Positions 48,408 through 61,400 of a DNA stretch of 64,000 bases are shown here, piece by piece (position 1 is the stretch's first letter; every line of letters begins with the position of its first letter). This DNA comes from Takakia lepidozioides (taxonomy: Eukaryota > Plantae > Bryophyta). The notes under the pieces were generated by a model that saw nothing but the letters and a program-made list of their open reading frames with translations, made no database searches and was not told the origin of the DNA. Location of the stretch: positions 52,762,001 to 52,826,000 of the forward strand of contig CM060731.1 of NCBI GenBank assembly GCA_030704615.1, given 5' to 3'. The position numbers and the translations under genes were made by a program.

Positions 48408-50432
48408 TGTCTAGGAACTGTATTCGCAGAGAGACCAAAGTGTCCAACAACACCTCTGCGCAGCGATCAATAAGGTTGAAGGTAAAATACTATGAGCGAG
48501 TTTATGCCCTGAAGATGGCTTAAGCCTGGACCATACACTAGGCTTGTGTATGTAATATACACGAGTGTGCACGAACCGTGGTTGTCTCTCTCCCTAATTG
48601 TCAGACGTACGTACTCAACAGGATTCAAAGGTTTGCGATCTTATTTGAAGATATCGACTGCCTCCATTTTATACATTGGAACGCGCATACTTGACCAACA
48701 AGTCCATAGCGCGACATGAGCTCCAGTCTCTCACGCGCATATGACTACTAGGCCTACCCCCGCATCATGCTCATCGTCCTCGTCTCGCAAGGACCTCGCA
48801 CTACAGGACTCAGCAGTGAGCACTTGTGCTCCGTCAACTCTCTGATTTTTCTACTTGCAGGACAAGCAAGTGTTTCGCGGTCACGTGCATGAAACACGAC
48901 AATTCTTCAGATCGATAGGTACTTAGAGAGAAGTAGCAAGCTGGCACTGACTAATGAGCTATGGAAGAAAGAGGAAGAAGGTCAGCCACGTTTGGTGCGG
49001 AGGGACTCCAAGTTAAGATGCATGCGATTTGAGCTTGGAATTTCGATTCTTAGGGTGCCGCCAGTCGTCGCTGAAATCCCGAGACCAAGGATTAGGGGAG
49101 CCGCCATGCGCTTGGAATGCTGGTGGTGGACCAGAGACTGTGCCATCGGCAAAATAACCGGAGCATGATTCCTCTCCAGCCCCACGAGGCGTCGAAATGC
49201 CTAATGAGGCAAGTCTCATGTCTTCAGAGCTTCTGTAAAGAGCTGCGGAGAGCACATTCCAAGCTTTAGAGCCCTCTGTTAGTAAATCAAAATAGATCGA
49301 ATGCAGAGTGGCCTGGATAGACGGAGCTTTGGACTTAAACAGCCAACCTCAATTACGTTTCCAAATATGCCCAAGAGTGAGAGCCCTTAACGAGGCCCAG
49401 ACCTGACAAGAGTTCCAAACCTGCCCCTGAGACAAATTACAGCAAGAGATAATCGAGCGGAACACCCATTAGTAAGATTCACTTGATTTTAGCAATAACC
49501 GGTGAAACTCGACTGTCAGCATCCAGGTTTGTACTGATAGGGTGCCCCAACAGAGTGTGCGCATGACCATCTGCAAGCCACTGCAAACCCTTGGAGGCAC
49601 CCCAAAGAGGAGCATGGGGGCGAGCGATGGGACTGTGCAGGGCACGAATTGCCACTGACTTTTTCCAGTTATGTAATAGCAAAACCTGATGAACGACAAA
49701 AGAGATCAAGGGTAGAGAGCGCAGAGGTGATGGTAAGACAACTAACAGATGTTGCATGGTCTGATTTAGTACTAAGCCAATGGATTTTCAGCTCAGTCAG
49801 TCGTGTTCAGAGTGTCAAGGGAGTGAGTGTTCTCCTTGTGGAGAGTATACATAGAAGTAGAAAGACTGGATTTTCATAATGTCTGTCCTTGAGGTAGGGC
49901 TCAAAATGTATATAGGGAGACAACACAAAGCTTGCTTAACTTGCTGCATTGAAGCTGGATTGCCTTGTGAGAGAGCTTTGTAACATCCATGGGGATCCCA
50001 AACGAAGAGAGCATTTTGGAAGGAGAATTAAAAAAATGACTCACAGGTGGTGAAGGGAAACAAGTGAACATAGCAAAGATTGACCAAGCTGCTGGACTAT
50101 GCAATAGGTAGAATGGGTCAATAACCTTTCCTCTTTCAGAACCAAAGAAGCTGATCGGTAGGGGCAGTGGACTATTGCCAGAGATCCTACAGAGATACTA
50201 TGGGGAGGGTGCTGTCAGTGTGTGGGCATGGCCTTCAGCTTTATCAGCATCCATTATTAATTGACAGGGTCGTATATGATAGACTTTGAAATCTCGATTG
50301 CAGGTTGGTTTGTGGGATCAGTGATGCTTGGGATCAACTTTGTCATGAGTCCACCACTGTTTCAATTTCCATAGTCAAGGGAGCCACATCCAGCAGAATG
50401 GCAGAACTCTTCCGTGGGGTAACAAACACCTA

Positions 50433-50888
50433 TCAACAACTGCTGGTGCTTCTTTGCTGCTCCAAAGGCAACTGCCTCTTCTCAGCCAGCATGTAAACCC
50501 ACTCCTCCTTAATCTCCACCCATTTCCGAATCTCAAGGGCGTCATTGCGGCATTCGTCATTGACCACTGATAACGTACTCTGCCAATTCTTGCAAACACC
50601 TTTCAATGGTAAATAGTATGAGCGAGGCACCCGCGCGATGCATTCCAGTGCCACATGGTCTGTCAACCCCGGAATCAGAGCGTTGTCATTCGACCGGTCC
50701 TCTCTCTGATGGGATGCCACGTTCTGCAGGTTCGCTACATTTTCCAGCGATACAACATCCTCCGGAATGGCAATTCCGTTGCCAAGGTTCCCATGGTCAG
50801 ACACACAAGTCGCCAGCGATGGGCTTTCAAATATCCAGAGCCGGTTTACAGTCTGAGAGCGAGACCTCTTCCTAACCTCCTGGAACAT
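50433..50888 (-). pseudogene. F-box (F-box/kelch-type N-terminus) fragment
   Basis: LIPGLTDHVALECIARVPRSY...VCKNW...EEWVY; no kelch repeats evident downstream. Confidence 0.75.
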
Positions 50889-50912
50889 GTCGTTGTAGCG
50901 ACTGCCAAACGC

Positions 50913-51240
50913 CTACGCCCTTTTTTGGTTCTTAGCCATCAAAGTAATCCTTCAACAATTGCTGAACCTTGGGAATGCGTGTGCTACCACCGGCAAGAAC
51001 AATATCACGAATTTCAGACTTCTGAAGCCCTGCGTCCTCCGTAGCCTTCTTCACGGCCCCATGGTCTTTCTAAAGAGGTCATTGTTCAACTCCTCAAAGC
51101 TGGCACGAGTTAGAGGCTCAGAAAAGTCAATGCCATCAAATAGAGACTCAATCTCCACACGGACTTGATGCTGGTTGCTGAGAGCTCTCTTTGCCCGCTC
51201 AGCCTCCTGTCTGAGCTTGCCAATTGCCTTCTTACCCTTA
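50913..51240 (-). pseudogene. BiP/HSP70 fragment (end of nucleotide-binding domain)
   Basis: [52 protein letters not shown], then frameshifted [19 protein letters not shown]. Confidence 0.85.
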
Positions 51241-51279
51241 ACATAGGCAGCTTGTTGCTGTAGTTGGTTGGCTCCCCAC

Positions 51280-51945
51280 CATCTCCACTAAGAAGTCACA
51301 GGTGTTCACAACCTACCAAGATCAGCAATCGACTGTTTCAATTCAGGTATGTTGCCTCAAAACTTTCTCACTATGATGGAGTTTGGTCTTCTGAAGGATG
51401 ACTGCGGTTGATCTGTTGATGTTTGATTTGGCAGGGATTCCCCCCAGCTCCTAGGTATGTGGATCAGGTTCTCTCTCCCATAACCTATCGTACTTGGAAG
51501 TGTGTAGTCTCGCTCTAGATTGAGAATGATTGGTGCTGATGCAGGGGTGTGCCACAAATTGAAGTCACCTTTGAAGTAGATGCCAACGGTATCCTCAATG
51601 TGAAAGCTGAGGACAAGAGCCCAGGAAAATCAGAAAAAATCACCATCACCAATGACAAGGGTCGGCTGATTCAGGATGACATTGATAGGATGGTTCAAGA
51701 GGCCGAGGAGTTACCGAAGAGGACAAGAAAGTGAAGGAACGAATTGACACGTGGAACAGCCTGGAGAAGTATGTCTACAACATGAAGAATCAAGTTGGGG
51801 ATAAGGATAAGCTGGCCGAGGATATTAGATAATAGAAACTGCACAGAAGGAGGCCTTGTAGTAGTTGGATGATAACCAATCAGCTGAGAAAGAGGACTTC
51901 AAGGAGAAGTTGAAGGAAGTTGAAGGTGTTTGTAATCCAATAGGC
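51280..51945 (+). pseudogene. BiP/HSP70 fragment (substrate-binding domain), opposite orientation
   Basis: [20 protein letters not shown]|, FDLAGIPPAPR|, [24 protein letters not shown]...EKEDFKEKLKEVE; stops and frameshifts; intron donors retained. Confidence 0.85.
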
Positions 51946-51949
51946 ATTT

Positions 51950-52790
51950 GAGATCTATAAGCAAATGCAGGCAAGGGTGACAACAGACAGTGTTACATTC
52001 AGCCGCATTCTCAGTGCATGCACCAGCCTTGGAGCCCTGGAAAAGGGTAGAGAGATCCATGCTGACATCATCAAAGGCTCGATCACACCACATATAACCC
52101 TGGAGACTGCCCTTGCTTACATGTATTCCAAGTGCGTGGCGTAAAGGATGCCCGTCAAGTGTTTGACAGTATGGAAACACAAGACGTGGTCGCATGGAAT
52201 GCCACGATCGCAGAATATGCTCAGCATGGGTCGGGTAGGGAGGCTTGTGAGATCTAGGAGCAAATGATGCAGGAAGGGGAGAAACTGAAAGCCTCGGAGC
52301 CTTGGAGAAGGCGAAAGAGGTATGTGATGACATTAGCAAAAATGGAATTGCATCAGACATCATACTGAAGAATCCACTCGTGGACATGTATGCCAAATGC
52401 GGGAGATGCACACCCCGTGTTTGACAAAATAGCTGAGAAAGATGTCATCTCATACAATGCCTTGATTGCTGGATACACCAAGCATGGGTATGGCGATGAG
52501 GCTTTTGAGGAGTGAGCCCTGACAATGTCACGTTCATTTGCATTCTCAATGCATGTGCCAGCATGGGAGCCGTGGAAAAGGGCAAAGAGGGGTGACCCCC
52601 GACAAGGTCACCTTTGTTGGTATTCTCATGCTTGTGCCAGCCTATCAGAGCACTGGAAAAGGGAAGAGAGGTCCATACTGACATCAGCAAAAGCGGAATT
52701 GTACCAGATATCATTCTGGAGACTGCTCTTGCTGACATGTACGCCACATGCAGGAGCTTACTGGATGCCCATCAACTTCAACAGTATGTC
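51950..52790 (+). pseudogene. Degenerate PLS-PPR fragments
   Basis: Pieces such as ALEKGREVHTDISKSGIVPDIILETALADMYATC and LVDMYAKCG in several frames. Confidence 0.75.
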
Positions 52791-55447
52791 AGAAGTGTCT
52801 TATTGGACACTTGCAACAATGTTCCACACCTAGTCTAAATATCAAAGTTGAACAAAGCAGACTAGAGCAAGAAAACTGGTTCAACAGCATCGAGTAACTG
52901 TCAAGTTTTGGCCACATAGCCTTCCTCCCACTGCAATGAATACCAATGTTTCGAAGCAGACTCTATTAGATTGTAGGAGGACCACTGGAAGCGGCCATGA
53001 GCTCCAACCACAGTAATGCCTCAACAATCTGCTGCCTCTGTGTTCAGCAGACACATTCAAAAGCGAGATCTTAGTTAACACAAAAGTTACCATTCACACA
53101 TCTACTGAAACAGGAATGCACTGATCCAATATATTTGTTTGCTTGCAATTATGACGTGATTTTGTCCCCAAAACTTGCTTCACATCTATGAGATGACAGC
53201 AAGTGAACTACAGACATTTAAGGTGGGAGCATGAATGAGCTTGTGCCCAGCCCTAGGGTCACTACCTGAAGTCTGGGCTGCTCCTCGTTCTCTCCTGAAC
53301 ACATCAAGGAGGGAGCCGGCGAGCACTTGCTTTGTGTACAAATCGGCAAGCGACTTAAGGAAATATCCACTAGTCTTAGGATTACATACCTGCAGCCTGA
53401 GGTGCTGTAACAGGGCAGCTGTTTGAACTCGCACCTCCTTGTGCTGTTGTGCTCCTTGTGGCCCCCATGTATTCTGCATTTGCTTTTGCTCCGACTCCTG
53501 CAGGGGGCCACAACCAGTAGTCAGAGGTTTAGGTTAATATGGTGTAGACTCACACACATAAGGGGGCAGATGCAATGTGGGAAAATTCAATACAACCAAA
53601 GAGAAGAAATGCTGAGGGAGTACCTCACAGCAAATAGAGAGGAGGCCAACACAGCACCTGGCATGCACGCAGATGGTCTTGAAGACTCCGCTGCAAATTT
53701 TCCAAGAAAGCTTTGCTGCTGTCCCGGTCAGTCGCATGGTGAGCCTGTTCGGCAATCATCACTCAATTCTGTGAAACTAGTTACGCAACAAAGTTGTGGC
53801 GATAAATATGCTTTCCCACGAGGGCTCATCGCTGTAGTGCGGAAGAAGAGCATACCAGTAGAGCCACAAGCTGGGTCATCTGCGGTGCATCCGCGCTGCA
53901 GGCATCAATTGCCTTGAGAGCATAGGCACACATATCATGTGCTCCACTCTCATACTGTTCCCAGTGTCTGCGGGCGCAAGAAATCAGATCCTGCACATCC
54001 GTCGGAGCACCATGCCTTTCTTCCACCGTTTCCCCGTCCATGTTGACATTTGTGCAGCAGCGGCCAAGAGAGGTATCCATCTCCGACTGAAAGGTGGGCC
54101 GGGCTAGGTGCCCATATCCTTACAGGGTCAGAAAGCACTGGAGGCTGCTGATCGGAGCCCGAAACGACAGTGGCGGAGACCGCTGTTCGTTGGACTCGAC
54201 GAGGAGGATTGCCTTCGTCCGTTCCCCCGGCTACCCGACTAACTGGTTCTCGTCTCTTCTCTCTCGTACTCGTATGGCTCACTTCTGCTTGCAAGGATAG
54301 CAGGGCCGGACTCAGTGTGCCAGTATGTCAGACTGTTGCTGCATCCCAGTGGTGGGCGTTTCCATACGTCATTGGCGGAACACTAGTGATGCAAGGCTCT
54401 CCAGGGCATGCTTGGTAAGGTGTAATGTGTGGGTGGTAGTAGGCCTGAGTTTTTGTGTCGCAGCTGGCATCATGTTCAGATTGTAATTCAGTTTCAAGTC
54501 CCAGCAGTGAATCCCTGGATTACTTCGTGTACTCATCCAGTTGTTTCAATCTGCCCACATTTGTGGAAAGATGATGGAACGAAGAGGTACAAGCAGAGAT
54601 GGAGGGACCGTTGATCTCGAGGGGTACAGAAATTTCTGTGATGGGAAGTTATTCTTGGATTGGCTTTCAACGATTCTACGCCGGAATTTTCTTTTGAAGA
54701 CATTCTAGCTGCTTATCTCTATCTGGGTGGCGAGTGTGAAGGGCTCTTTTTTCAAGCAACTCAGCTGAGTTTCTGCCTGTAATTCGTATCCGTCTCTCTT
54801 CATCCCCCTTTGTCTTAAAGCGGCCAGCTTTTCCTTGGCATGGGGGACGTTCCCAGGGTCACAGTGGAACCCACAGAGAAGTGTCTTCTCTAGTGCCGTG
54901 GTTGCAGCAGCGAGGAGAAGCAGATGCACACTCCACCCTAACCATTGGTTATTCCCCAGAAGGCAGGTGTGCCACCCCCAGCACCTATTACTTTTAATAT
55001 CATTAGTTTTAGCTGTCCTGAGCTCCATTCTCCAAGAGGGTGAGAGAGGGGCTCGGGATGGAACTGATGGAGGCTAATTGAATCTTCAGAAGAATATTAG
55101 ACATAGTTTGATGATATGTGCCTACAGGACATTCTAGCCGGCAAGTAGGTTGCCCATTTTCAACCTGGAGCTATGCAAGGTGCTGGGCATAGGGTAGCTG
55201 ACTTTGCTATTGCAGTGATTGCCACCCAGTTGGGGGTTGAAACCCAGTCCCTCCTGGTCTTCCAATTGGACTAGAATCCCTTCCCTTCATATTTTTGTGG
55301 TTCTCTCTCATTGTGTCTCCATGGTGACCAGTTTCCCCACGGTCTGTATGAACACAAGGCTACGGTGAACAGAGTTTACCATGTTGATCTGGTATCTTTT
55401 GGCCTTCTTTGGTCTGAATCATAAGTCCTGATTTCTTGTGGTGCCAG

Positions 55448-58400
55448 GGCTCTCTTCACTGCGCGACCCATCAAGACTGGAGAGCGGGTTCTGCGCGTCA
55501 CACGTGAGCTGGTATGCTTAAGGGCATTACTCTGACCAGCTTGTCCCTCCTATGTCTCTGTTAATCATTTTTTCATGTTTACTGGCTCTGAACAGAAATT
55601 AAGATTGATGCATCTGCATGGACGAGTAACTGCTCAATTGCACAGTGGTGCAGATTATTACTCCTGACAGGTTACCCAGAAGCATTGCAGACCAGCTGCC
55701 AGAGGTTGTGAATGCATGGAGTCGCTTGGCTCTCTTTCTTCTGTTACATCAACGAGCTGGCAAGGCACATTCTCCTGAACATTCCTACTTACTCAGAAGT
55801 CAAGTGCATATGTCTTTTCAGTAGGGTATCTTTGGAGGGTGTGCACTTTGCTCTTTCCCTGTCCAAGATAGTAGTGCAAAGAAAGAAGCAAGACATGGTA
55901 TTGAGAGGAAGTGCAGCAGTGAATGCAGGCATCGCCATGGGCACCCTACATCAAGTGTCTGCCTCCCTCCCACGCACTCCACAGCACAGTATGTTCTTGC
56001 CTTGCCTTTCTTCCATGGTTTAAAATTTTGTTGGTACACTCTCTTACAGATTCAAATGTGCAAGTCGGGCATTTTTGTATAATTGGGTGCTTACAAGGAT
56101 CCTGAATATCCAGGTGTTCTGGAGGGATGAGGAGCTGGCATTGATACGTGACAGTGCCGTGCATGACCAAACGTTGCTTCGTCAGGTTTTCATTGAATCA
56201 CAGTTTACAGCTGCACAACCGGTAAGCCAGAACCCCATGTGCTAATTGCAATGTTGTAGAGCATGCTAGACAAACCTGGGATATGCTGTGAGGCGTAGAC
56301 AGTGAGCATATGCATGACATCAACAGCCTTATTGTTGCCACACATCTCTAACCATCAGGTAGCACATCTGTAGCCACTCACACCTCGAGCAGGCAAATGA
56401 AGGCTGAAGGGTTGAACACAAGCCTAAGTAGGGAGAGAAATACGTGATTTTTGTGAATGTTGTTTATGATGACTCTTCAGGGCAGAGTCCCTGCTGGTCG
56501 CAGGGTTTACCCATTAGGGATTTGAAACTCAGTCCGAAGTGCCATAGCATTTGACATTTTTTGACATCTTTATCCCTGAGTGCACCACATTCTCAATGTA
56601 ATTAAATCAATGAGTCATCAGATACTTCATAATCTGTCCTAGAACAAATGAAGGTAGAAAGCTCAAACACATGTTTATAGCACTACTGCTCTTGTGCCTT
56701 CAGTGGCTGGTAGAGGTGCCTTGTGTCTAAATGAACCTGGAATGATGATGTCAGTGTCTGGTGCGATGTCTTTTGGGTTGCCTTTCAAGGTCTGTATGGA
56801 GTTGTTACTCTGTAGTTAGCACATATTCATCCTTCATCTCTACAGCTCCTTTTATCCTCTTCAGGATTCTTTGCCTAGCAATCTGCTTTCCACCGCCGAG
56901 TGATGGAAATATCTTTCCCTGCTTCCTTATCTCTGTTATTTGAAGGAGATAGGGCCCATACCCAAGATCAAACTTTATGCCAAAAACTAATTCACCCGAC
57001 AATCCAGCCAAGCCGAGAAAAGTCGCAAGAAGGTGAAGGTTCTAAGAGTGCCCAAAACAGAAATTCGTGGAGAAGAAGCTCCTTCCAGGTTAGCTCAATC
57101 ATCTATACAGAGGGAGAAAATCCATACAGACATCAAATTGTAACCCGAACAACGTTGCACCGTTCCAAGTTGACACCAAAACTAGCCCACAGAGAGAGTG
57201 CTGTCTTAACATTATGTTGTAAATAATGAAGTCTAGGACCATCAAATTTATCATGGGTGTCAGCAACAACAGCTCCAGACGCTGGGTGTAGATCTGTAGA
57301 TGTAGATAGAGAAGATCATCCAAATCAAATTCTGGACTCAGTGCGGGTGAACCACATGGGATAATTGTTAAGTTATAAGCTTGCTGCATGCAAAAATCAT
57401 CTGTTTACTTGCAGAAAGGGATTGCAGGCTCTTATGGAGTCTCCTGTAATGATGGGAGAAAGCGTAACCCTGGACTCCTTCACGCATGCCTATTGTATTG
57501 GTGGGTGCTTTTGCACTTTCTGTTGATTCTTGGTGGACACATGATGCAGATTTTCTTCTGCAATTGATGGCAGAGGGCTAGGCACAGAGCCAGATACAGG
57601 GTAAATGGAACGGTTGAGTGAGGGGCAGACATATAGACAGACACTAAGACAGAGGGATAGAGAAAGAAATTGGATGGGGGTTGACAATAAATCTTTGATA
57701 TATATACATATATATATACTTGTAACTCTTAATCACCACCCATCCTCACAAATCCCAGAATGGAAGTTTGAAGTACGATATGAAATGCAAAGACCGTCAA
57801 GGAGTTTATAAACAAGTATGGCTACAAGACTTGACACATTCGATCTGTGCAGCGTGCTCTCGATCATGGGGTATTGAGGCCCTAGGCTCCATAGCAATGG
57901 TGCGAAGGCCTCTTTGCTTCTTCTCCCTGGTTGACTACTTTATCACAGTGCTGTTTCGTTGAAGCGTTTCGGGTTATTTAGTGTAGGAGATGGATTTGTA
58001 TACTTTGTGGGGTAGAGAGGCTGTGTGATTGAAATGTGAGTTACGAGTAGAGTAAGGGTTTCTGCCTGCGAGAATATGGCTTCTAGGAATGCTTTCATCA
58101 TAGTGAGGTAGATAGCTTGTGTAGTTCTTTCATAACCACAAGAGCAGTGCTTTGTGTGGACAGGTCCCATTCGTAGACTTTTTAAATCATGACTCCCATT
58201 CACGGGCCCTTCTGGCATACTACGAGGATGAAGGGTTTGCTGAGGTCCTTTTCTATCACTCTTCCCCTGTTCTATTCCCTTGTGCAGCTTTCATTTTAGA
58301 CAATGTACTGAACTTTCAGTATTGAGCATCATAATATCAAGTTACGGTTCATGCCATCCATAGGACTTCAAAAGCTTAGTGCAGCAGACCGTTGGGTTGG

Positions 58401-61400
58401 CCGGCACAGAGAGGTTACTGCTGTCATCCCAAAGACAGGATTTGACTGATCCACACAAGATCACAAAAAAATCTATGATATCATCCCCCTTGAAACGGCC
58501 CCGTAATACGTCAGAGTCTAATTCTTACCTTCAGCTTTCCTCTAGTCCGGATGGGTGAGTGGGTGGGTGGAAAGTTGAAACCAAATTACCTCTAGTTTCA
58601 GTGAGAAGTTGAGGGACCAACGTAATTGTCGAGTGTTTGATAGATCATACTGTCAGATCAGATACTATCCAAGCTAAAGCCAAAGCTACTAGATAAATGC
58701 GCTTCATCCATAAGATGGATATTGATATCATAGCATTTCAACCACTATACTGAAAGTGTCCTTTGTGATGTACTGAAACTTAGAGATTCTAGCTATCAAG
58801 GCAAAGATGAAGCCTCATCCACTCTCATCCCAGCCAGAGCCACAAAAATAGTTGAAGGTTAGCGAGAAATAGCAGCTTGTCTGGCTTCACCCAGTTGTTA
58901 TCTATGTACAGCAAGAGAGATGTAGGAGATTGGAGCAGGGTTAAATGACAAGTATAGCATTGCAGAGTTCTAAGAAGTAGATCAATGCTGAGGAAGTAGT
59001 AAGGAAATGTTAACCCATGCCTTCGACTTGAGCATATCTTGAAGAAGACATTGCAGTCAATCTTCAGTTTTACACACCCACATTATAGAGTTTCTTCCTT
59101 TGTTGAAATATGAATCTCTTCGACATATGGAGGGTGCAAGGAAAGATATACTACTCATTTAAAGCCAGCACCTCAACCCTTCAAAAGAAATCAGATTGGC
59201 ATGTGGTGGCAGCGTGTAGTGACCACCACTATCCAAAGAGGACTTAGGTTTGCATGAGGAAGGTCCTACAATCACTTGATCTCTTAAATTCAGATCCCTA
59301 ATTTCCAGGGATCTGTGTCATAGAATCAGAGCTTTTCATTAAATGCCATCGGTTCATACAATTGACAGCGTACCGACTAAGAGTTTGGAGTGGAGAGAGA
59401 GAGAGAGTAGTACGCACTACACAACCAGTTTCACAAGAAAATGTCCGCATAAGATGTTGTTTGCTGTGGCCTTTTGGGGAGGGAACAGACTCTGCCTTTG
59501 TTAGGCGCTCATCTCAGTAGTGGGAACATACCTTGGTGTAAACAATTAGTTCGGACTTTCCAGATTTCCTCTAGAAAAACCCTTCACACAGGTGACCAGA
59601 GGTGCAGGGACTATGTTCTTGATAGTCCTGAAGAGGGTGGAACTAGACTGAACTCAGGGCAGGTCTTCCTTTGAACAATAAAGAGATGCAGAGAGGAAAG
59701 GGAGATTGTCACTGCCTGATGTGTGGGTGGCCTGGAGACAATATCCAATTTATACAATGTATGGGATATTCTCATCAGAGAGCGACGTGTAGGTAGGCCC
59801 TTCAGATTATCCTTAAGGTCCAGAGAGAGAGAGAGATAATTTTCTACTTGTGAGTTGTGAAGTTGGGGTCCTATCCCCTGCCCCCTAATTATATAACCAG
59901 GATGGAAGTTACTGGACGGATGGCTCTGGCAGGTTGTTGCAGACAAGGATTACGACCTAGGTTCTCAGGTACACACATGATTGTTGTTGCACGTCTGTCA
60001 CTTCTCTGTCATGAATGTGGTGCTTGGAACTGGTGGGGGCAAGCAATGTTTGTGACAATTTCACTTCCAGCAAAATAGACCAGGTTTCTTGCATGGGCTC
60101 CACAGACTGCTTTTTGTCCCTGGCTTTGAAGGCACCACTTTCCGTGCCTCCAGGGCACCACAGGCAGGACTTTTGAGTATTTATGTGAGGTCATATATCT
60201 GTCTGTACCATGATAAACTATTCATGGTAATCTAGTGACTCTGCCGGTATGATTTGATGTATGCCCTTATAATCAGTGGCATCATGTGCAAATTTGTCAT
60301 GGACCTCATATTTAGCAGCTGCATGGAGACCTAAAGCAGGTTCAACAATGCCAAGCAGTCTAATGCAGGCAGACGATGAGATAACATTGATGAATATTGG
60401 GCACACACAAGGATTGACCAATTCTGTCCTGTGGTCAACCAGATGATGATCACTTACGGCAGCTTACCAAACTCTGCTCTTGCGCTGGACTTTGGCTTCA
60501 CAGTGCCACATAATCCCCATGACCAGGTTGGTAAATTTTTTGCTCTGTGAGTTGTTTCACCTTGAAGGTCATGTGTATGTGAGAAAGACAGAGCACTCAG
60601 TTGTGTCTGCAAAGGAAGGAAGAGTGAGGCTATCTATGGGCCACTGGATAAGTGACGAGAACCTGAGAAAAAGGGGGCTGTCGAATCTTGTCTCCAAATA
60701 TGGTCATGAAGGGGATTGTTGGGTGTGGGCTGATAACGAGATGCTGGGCCATTAGGACGTTGATTGATAATGGTGAGGGGCCACTAGGTGGACTTCTGGA
60801 TGGATGTGCCTCCTTCAGATCCATTGTGTGCAGAGAAGCTTGAGCTGTTGCATCAACATGGCATTGAAACTGAGTGTCATCATGATGGCTCTGACAGTGG
60901 TGGTGCCTGGTTTAGCCTGAGGTGAGTACAATTCCTTGGCTTGACTGGAAATGTCCTAGAGAGCTCCTTCAATGTGCAGCCAACCATGTGAGGCATATAA
61001 GACTAATACTCGTGCTAGCTGTTCGACCATCTAGTCATGATAAATCTGTATGTGACAATGGGGATGTGAAAGATCGACTATCTGATTGCAATTTCTTTCA
61101 AAAATCCCCTAGCAAAAGTTACAACCTCATGCCTTGGACAACCTATATAATAGCAGAATCCACTTTTGTATGTTTTAAAACCTTTGTACATGTACAAACC
61201 AAAAATGCATACTGCCTACTCTCTACTCCCTATGATTGGCATCCACTTTACAAAATACCAGAATTTTGAGAAATAAAAACATCTGGTAGTTGCTTGATGA
61301 GCACGTATCTAGCAATAACACAGTAAAAATTTCAGCATTTTCTCATCACTGGAGGAAGAGTAAATATCATTGGCTACATTCACCATTATGGCCCGGAATG

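Noticed and set aside
48982-49185. MAAPLILGLGISA resembling a Pam18/Tim14 N-terminus
   Set aside because: No J-domain found downstream.
53186-54420. Cluster of short GC-rich ORFs, possibly a minus-strand gene
   Set aside because: No consistent spliced frame or recognisable domain; needs RNA-seq or homology search.
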